A DNA stretch of 64,000 bases from the human T2T-CHM13v2.0 reference genome, Homo sapiens. The DNA is taken from assembly GCF_009914755.1 (NCBI RefSeq), contig NC_060932.1; one strand, written 5' to 3'. Below are positions 57,184 through 64,000 of the stretch, one piece after another; positions within the stretch are counted from its first letter, which is position 1, and the number at the start of each line of letters is the position of its first letter. Position numbers and translations under genes: made by a program. The notes under the pieces were generated by a model. It did not search any database, had not been told where the DNA came from, and saw only the letters and a list, made by a program, of their open reading frames with translations.

Positions 57184-58025
57184 CTCCTAGGTATATACAC
57201 AAGAGAAATGAAAACATATGTGCACATAAAACCTTGTACACCAATGTTCACAGCAGCATCATTCTTAACATTCAAAAAAATGGAAACAGCTCAAACGTTC
57301 ATGAACAAACAAATGGATAAACAAAATGTGGTATATCCATACAATGGAATATTATTCAGCCATAAAGAGTAATAAAGTACTGGCACATGCTACAACATGG
57401 ATGAAACTTGGAAACATTATGCTAAGTCAAAAGTCAGATACAAAAGACCACATACTGTATGATACCTTAAAGGTCCAGACTAGGCAAATCTATAGAGACA
57501 GAAAGCAGATTAGTGGTTATCAGGGGCTGTGGGGGAAGTGGTAATGTGCAATGACTACCAGTGGGTACAGGGTTTCTTGTGAGGAGTGACAAAAATGTTC
57601 TGGAAATAGACAATGGTGATAGTTCTATCATTTTGTGAATACACTAAAAACCACTGAATTGTATATCTTAAAAGTGCAAATTTTATATGAATTATCTCAA
57701 TTTTAAAATAACCACTATGGTGGTGAAGATGGAAGGCATACCTTACCTGTTAATAACAACTAGAATGACGATGATTTAGTATCTACTATATACAAGGCAA
57801 TTTATTTATGATTTTCTTTAACCCTCACTGCAACCCTACAAAGTAGCTATTATTCTCCTCATGTTTAATAGATAGGAAATTGAGACTCAGAGAGGTTAAG
57901 TGCTAGACCTAGGGTGCTGAAATGAGTAAGTGGTAGAGTTAAGATTCAAACAGAAGTCTATCTAATTTCAAAGTTCAAGCCCTTTGCACTAAACCGCACT
58001 CTCTGTACAAATGGTACTCTGCTGA

Positions 58026-58520
58026 TGTGGCAGGACTACCAGTTATGTACCTGCTATGTAGTCCCCGTTTCTTCACTAACAGAGCCCCAGTTTGATTCGG
58101 GGCAGCAATGTGTTTAGCTAAAAGACTCATCTTCCAGCCTCCCTTACAGCTAAGGTGGCTATATGGCTAAATCTAGCCAGTGAGATGTAAGCAGAAATGC
58201 TATGTAGGAGTTTTGGTAAAGTGCCTTAAAAAGGGCTAACACAGCTGGAAGAGGACTCCTGTTATCCTTCCCTTCTTATTGCATCTTGCTGCCTACTGTA
58301 ATGTGGTTGTGACGGCTGACACTCCAGCAACCATTTGGGATCCTAAAGCAATATGATAAAGAGAGTAGAACCAGGGAAACAGAAAAGGCTTGGGCTCCTG
58401 ATAACCATGGAGGCACTGACTAGCTTTGAACTACCTCCAGACTTCTCTGGTCAGAGAGGGAAAACAAACAAACAAACATAATTGCTAATGTTATTTGGGT
58501 TTTTGTTTGTACAGAGTTGA
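58026..58520 (+). mobile_element. Old MaLR LTR remnant (MLT1J/K-like)
   Basis: TGTGGCAGGAC start; TTCCAGCCTCCCTTACAGCTAAGGTGGC...GCCAGTGAGATGTAAGCAGAA; resembles the 3025-3500 element. Confidence 0.55.
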
Positions 58521-59527
58521 AATCTAATCCTAATTTATATAATGGGCCCATGAAAATGCTGAACCAACTAAGAATATATGAAAACGGCTTATCTCAGAAG
58601 TGGTCAAATGAGAAGCATTCTACCAGAGTCATTTTCCCAACTAGTCCTCTGTGTTTGGGATTGTATATTTAAGAGGCTTAGGGATCCTACTGAATTCTTC
58701 TGAAGACATGCAACAGGCCTATTTTGTGGCATTATAGAATCACTGAAAAGACTGGTCTCAATTCACCAAGTACAGGCATTACATTTTATAAGCACTTAAA
58801 TTTCATCTCAGAAATTGTTTCAGAGATACAGTCACAGAGGAGCCAACAGGCTCCCACAGAATGGATTTCTGAAGAAGCAAATTTATTTACACAACCCTTG
58901 CACAATTTGGCTAAGGGAGAGGAGACAAGGCAGATTCCACACAGGAAGGAAGATGATAAAGCTCAAAGACTTCTTTGCTTTAAAATCAATGTTCTGCCCA
59001 ATCTCTCCAGAGCAATCATTTAAAATTCCACAATAATGTTCCCTGCCAAAGAGACAAACAGCAATGGGCTTGCCACAGCTGAAACAGAACCCCAGGTTTG
59101 CTGTTAATTTGTTTACATAAAATAGATGTGATACCTACCAGTGTATTATCTATACCCCAACAGCAGGTTGATACAGTACTGTTTGGTAAAGAGTGGCTTT
59201 TCTTTGGTTTTCCTTCTTTCTCATCAGGGTTCTTTAGAATTCAAGCCACAATGACATAAGTGAGGATGAAACATTTGCAGGAAGAAAAGATTTTTCCACA
59301 GTTTTTTTCTGTAGCTTGATATATCTAATTTTGTATGCACTATGGATGGCTAGAGCTGGTAACCCAAATATTCCTTATGAGGGCAAAAATTCTGGTTTTA
59401 TTTTCTGTTACAGGCTGTTGCCTGAGAGAGAATTCAGATTGAAATGTATTACAGTCCTTTCTCCAGGACTTGGCTGGAATTTTTACCCCACTCTTTCCTT
59501 TTCTGAGAGAGCACACTCATGCATATG

Positions 59528-59742
59528 GACACATGGACACATACACAGACATATAGACACACATACACAGACACACACGCATACACAAATACACAGGCAT
59601 ATACACACACAGACATACACACATACGCACAGACATACACAGACACAGACACACATACACACACACACACATACACACATACAGACCCACACACAGACAC
59701 AGACATAAGCACACACAGACACCCCCCCACACACACAGAAAT

Positions 59743-59783
<41 letters not shown>
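59528..59783. repeat. Compound degenerate (CA)n microsatellite ending in a pure CA run
   Basis: Mixed CACA/CATA/CAGA units followed by pure (CA)n at about 59747-59783. Confidence 0.95.
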
Positions 59784-59787
<4 letters not shown>

Positions 59788-60199
59788 CTCATCTTTTCTG
59801 GAAAACAAGAGCCAGAAAAAAAAAAAAACCATGTAAATCTCTAGACAGACACATTCATTATGAATGGCTTTTTTTTGCATACAAAACCTATGGATTTTAA
59901 TCACAGGTGCACCCTCTGAGCTTTCACTTGCTCCCATTTTCTCTTACCATACTCAAAATTCTAACAAGTTTGGTGAGCTAGTTTTTAGACCTTCAACAAA
60001 CTGAACACAGCAGTTATGCTGGGAATAGTGAAAAGGGGCTACAAGGAAGGGAGGAAAATGTACCACCACAAACTAGAAATTTACTAATACACCATTCCAC
60101 AAAAAATAAATTCTAAATACATGGGCCTGCTAATTAGTGAAAAACACTCTACTCAACCGATCCCAACCTCAAATAAGTGATATTCAAAATAATAAACTT

Positions 60200-60617
<418 letters not shown>

Positions 60618-61023
60618 TTAAAAAATATTTGGTGCTCAAAGGCCTTGGAGAAAGTGTAACTCCCTTTAAAAAAAAAAAAAAAAAAAAAAAAAGCAGCCAT
60701 GTCCAAGCTAAGCACAGAACTTAGAAGTCAAAAGACCTGCAATCAAATCCTTGCCCTACTATTTACAGATTGCATGACATTGGGCAAAAGAATCAACTTA
60801 GACATACTTTCCTCATCTCTAAAATGAGGCTAATGACAGCAACTTCAGAGGCTGTTATAAACATTAAATAAGATATGTGAGAGTACAACATATGTAGCCC
60901 ATAAATGTTCTTTCAATCCAAAGAACTGAGATTTTACTACGTATGTGAATCTTCATTGTTTTCCATGAAGCTAATACTAAAAATATTATTTCTCTGATGA
61001 TGTTAATTAAAATAAAAGGATAG

Positions 61024-61163
61024 GGCTGGGACCAGTGGCTCACACCTGTAATTCCAGCACCTTGGGAGTCCAAGGCAGGAGGATTGCTTGAGCCCAAAAG
61101 TTCAAGACTAGGCCGGGCGCGGTGGCGCACGCCTGTAATCCCAGCACTTTGGGAGGCCGAGGC
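61024..61163 (+). mobile_element. Two abutting truncated Alu 5' fragments: old J-like 61024-61110 and CpG-intact 61111-61163
   Basis: GGCTGGGACCAGTGGCTCACACC...AGTTCAAGACTA|GGCCGGGCGCGGTGGCGCACGCCTGTAATCCCAGCACTTTGGGAGGCCGAGGC, then unique sequence. Confidence 0.9.
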
Positions 61164-62048
61164 ATTTAGTTAGGGTCAAGCTTTGGTCTAGGTGGCTATA
61201 TTATTTTGTATAATTGCTTTTTAACAAGCTTACATACTTGTCGACTTTAATAAAATGCAAGTTTTGCCCAGCTCAGCGAACTGGCATCATCATCACTTGC
61301 TTCCCGATGGGGAAGCAGCACAGATGTTAAAGTTGCGCTGAGCAAGTGTGTCTGAATCCTGACCTGTACCATGGTTGCAGCTTCCACAGGAGGTGCCCAA
61401 CCTCCTAGTCCTGGAAAAGGTCAGGAGCCCAGTGCATCCAGCTTCTTTTCACACAAAGAGGATAACAGAGCTGCAATGATTTATCCCTTAAGGATAGTGG
61501 TGTCGCTGTTCACAGAGCCCCCAAACACAAGACATCCAAGACTACCTCCAAGGTAACATGTGAAAGAGGATTCCACAAAAAGAATCATTTGTGGGCCCCC
61601 TTCAGGAATCTGCCTCTTAGCAAAGTCAGCTTTGGGATCTTAGCCTAACTGGACTCATCACTGGCTGCCTCACCTCGTCCACTTGCACATTTATGGCTCC
61701 GGTTTCCTAACTGCTCCATATTGCCACTCTCAGCCTGGGGCTACTTAAGACAGCTGCCTTCCCTGGTGGGCACTTGGGGATCAGCAGGCGCAAAGAACCT
61801 AGGCCAGTGTCAGGGGTGGTTTATGGTTATTGTCTTGTGCTTAGTCGCAGGGCTCTAAACCCTTGGATCCCCCAGGCGTTAGGAGGATAATGCGCCCTCC
61901 CTGGTTAATATTCTATTGGCCACTGCAGGAATGGGCCATGGAGAGTGAGACCCTGGAGAACTGCTGGGAAGAGAGGCCCAAGGGGTCTGGCTATGGTTAG
62001 GGGTGGGGGAGCAGCAGAGGAAAAAAAAAAAGTAATGCAAGCAAAATG

Positions 62049-62201
62049 AGCTGGGCATAGTGGCTCATGCCTGTAATCCCAGCAATTGGAGAGGCTGAGG
62101 CTGAAGGACTGCTTGAGCCCAGGAGTTCGAGGTTACAGTGAGCTATGATTGTGCCACTGCTCTCCAGTATAAGTTGGACTCTCGAGGGAAAAAAAAAAAA
62201 A
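62049..62201 (+). mobile_element. Monomeric Alu (FRAM-like)
   Basis: GCTGGGCATAGTGGCTCATGCC...GAGTTCGAGGTTACAGTGAGCTATGATTGTGCCACTGC followed by A-tract. Confidence 0.8.
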
Positions 62202-63091
62202 GGTCTCCTCCCTCTGGTTTCACTGGAAAGTGCTTTGAAATGTGTTAATAGAAAGTTTAGGCAAGTGAAGTCCTACCAGCAAGAAATGGAGGGCAAAGAA
62301 GGGAGTTCCCATGACTGCCCACCTGCCTTCACTCAACCTCTACTCCTTTGTTTTTTTAAATCTCCTTTAATTCTTACACTATCCTGTGAGTGGCATAAGA
62401 TGTTCCCCACCTTATGCACAAGGAAATTGAGGCACAGAGAGGTTAAATACTAAAAAGCATGATTTCAAAGCCAGGACTGTTTTCTACATCAGCTGTCTAC
62501 AGCCATACCTTTGCTGATGTGCCTGAGAAATGAATAATAAACAGGAAAACATACATTTCCATGTGATCTGATGTCCTGAGGAGTAGTGGGGAAGGCGGGG
62601 AGTTAATTTACCTCTACCCCTGCCTCTTCAGAGACATAAATACACATTGGCACGCCATACACAAATTAACAACAACAACAAAAAGACATAATCAATTTGG
62701 AATTAGAGCTTCCAGGAAATGTGGGCTCCCAGATGCACATACTACAGTAATTCAGGTTGTTTCTCTCCTCTCTCTCTGGTTGGGAGCTATTCTGATACTT
62801 TCCATTTGGAAGCACAGATAGGGCCTCCTAACCACAAGGCGTGGAGATGTGGTCACAAGGCTGGGCTGGGTGCTCCACCCTGAATGCCAGAGCATCCTGC
62901 TGGGTCCACACAGCCAGGGCCTGGTGGAATCCGCATCCAGGCTGCTTTTCTTTCCTTTATCTCAGGAATTCAGGCAAAGGCTATAGGACAAGGCCCAGTC
63001 ATCTCAGTAATTGTGGCTGTATGCAGCTGGAGCAAGAAGAGCATGGCATTTATACTTGCTTCCTTAAAAACAAAACAAAACAAAACAAAAA

Positions 63092-63581
<490 letters not shown>

Positions 63582-63764
63582 TGCTCTCCAGTTTCACATC
63601 CAAGTTGAAATGGGGCAAGAGATGTGAAAAGTTTTGCGAGAACCACAGAAAAGAATCAGATCATCTCAGAGTTGAATGGACTTTGCCATCATCTTCCCCA
63701 TGACAAACCTCACAAATAGCATGGACAGACAAACACACATACATCACTTAGAATTCCTGAGCCC

Positions 63765-64000
63765 AGGAATGGAAAACCAAATATCATATGTTCTCACTCA
63801 TAAGTGGGAGCTAAGCTATGAGGATGCACAGGCATAGGAAGGATACAGTGAACTTTGGGGACTCAGGGGGAAAGGGTAGGAAGGGGGTGAGGAATAAAAG
63901 ACTACAAATTGGGTTCAGTGTATACTGCTCACACAAGGTGATGGGTGCACCAAAAGCTCACAAATCACCACTAAATACCTTATTCAAGTAACCAAACACC
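63765..64000 (+). mobile_element. L1PB-like 3' end, running off the window
   Basis: ATGTTCTCACTCATAAGTGGGAGCTAAGCTATGAGGATGCA...GGTGATGGGTGCACCAAAA...CAAATCACCACTAAA. Confidence 0.88.

Larger units (their letters stand above)
56118..57710 (+). mobile_element. L1MB-like 3' end (ORF2 C-terminal relic plus 3' UTR), interrupted by an LTR
   Basis: ORF relics MQIKNTMKCHFAPTRMAVIKK and MWYIHTMEYYSAIK match the L1 ORF2p C-terminus; sequence resumes at CTCCTAGGTATATAC after the LTR. Confidence 0.9.

Noticed and set aside
59316-59937. His/Thr-rich and Cys/Val-rich ORFs
   Set aside because: Translations of the CA/TG microsatellite.

Overview
Human (AluYb8-bearing) genomic DNA, about 64 kb, lying inside the 5' introns of ASAP1 (DDEF1/AMAP1, an Arf-GAP), which is transcribed on the minus strand. 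One coding exon is certain: 44647-44773 (127 nt), encoding MPDQISVSEFIAETTEDYNSPTTSSFTTRLHNCRNTVTLLEE, set inside a CpG island that looks like an internal promoter. Two further exon candidates were read from splice signals and phase. A 102-nt exon (48300-48401) stops the upstream frame and restarts 3 nt later with MVSNLKRIMAQKW. An alternative start exon (27470-27520) encodes MIGQPQEACRSHHKSHK. The 102-nt and 127-nt exons add up to 229 nt, which matches my recollection of circASAP1; they are bracketed by inverted Alus, and the circle would carry a 64-aa junction-spanning ORF. The rest is transposon-rich intron (Alu, MIR, L1, MaLR LTRs, Tigger4, MER5A) with several readable insertion or deletion events. 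There is no prokaryote-type novel system, and nearly all ORFs in the supplied track are spurious. Repeat subfamilies were assigned by eye and old-repeat boundaries are approximate.
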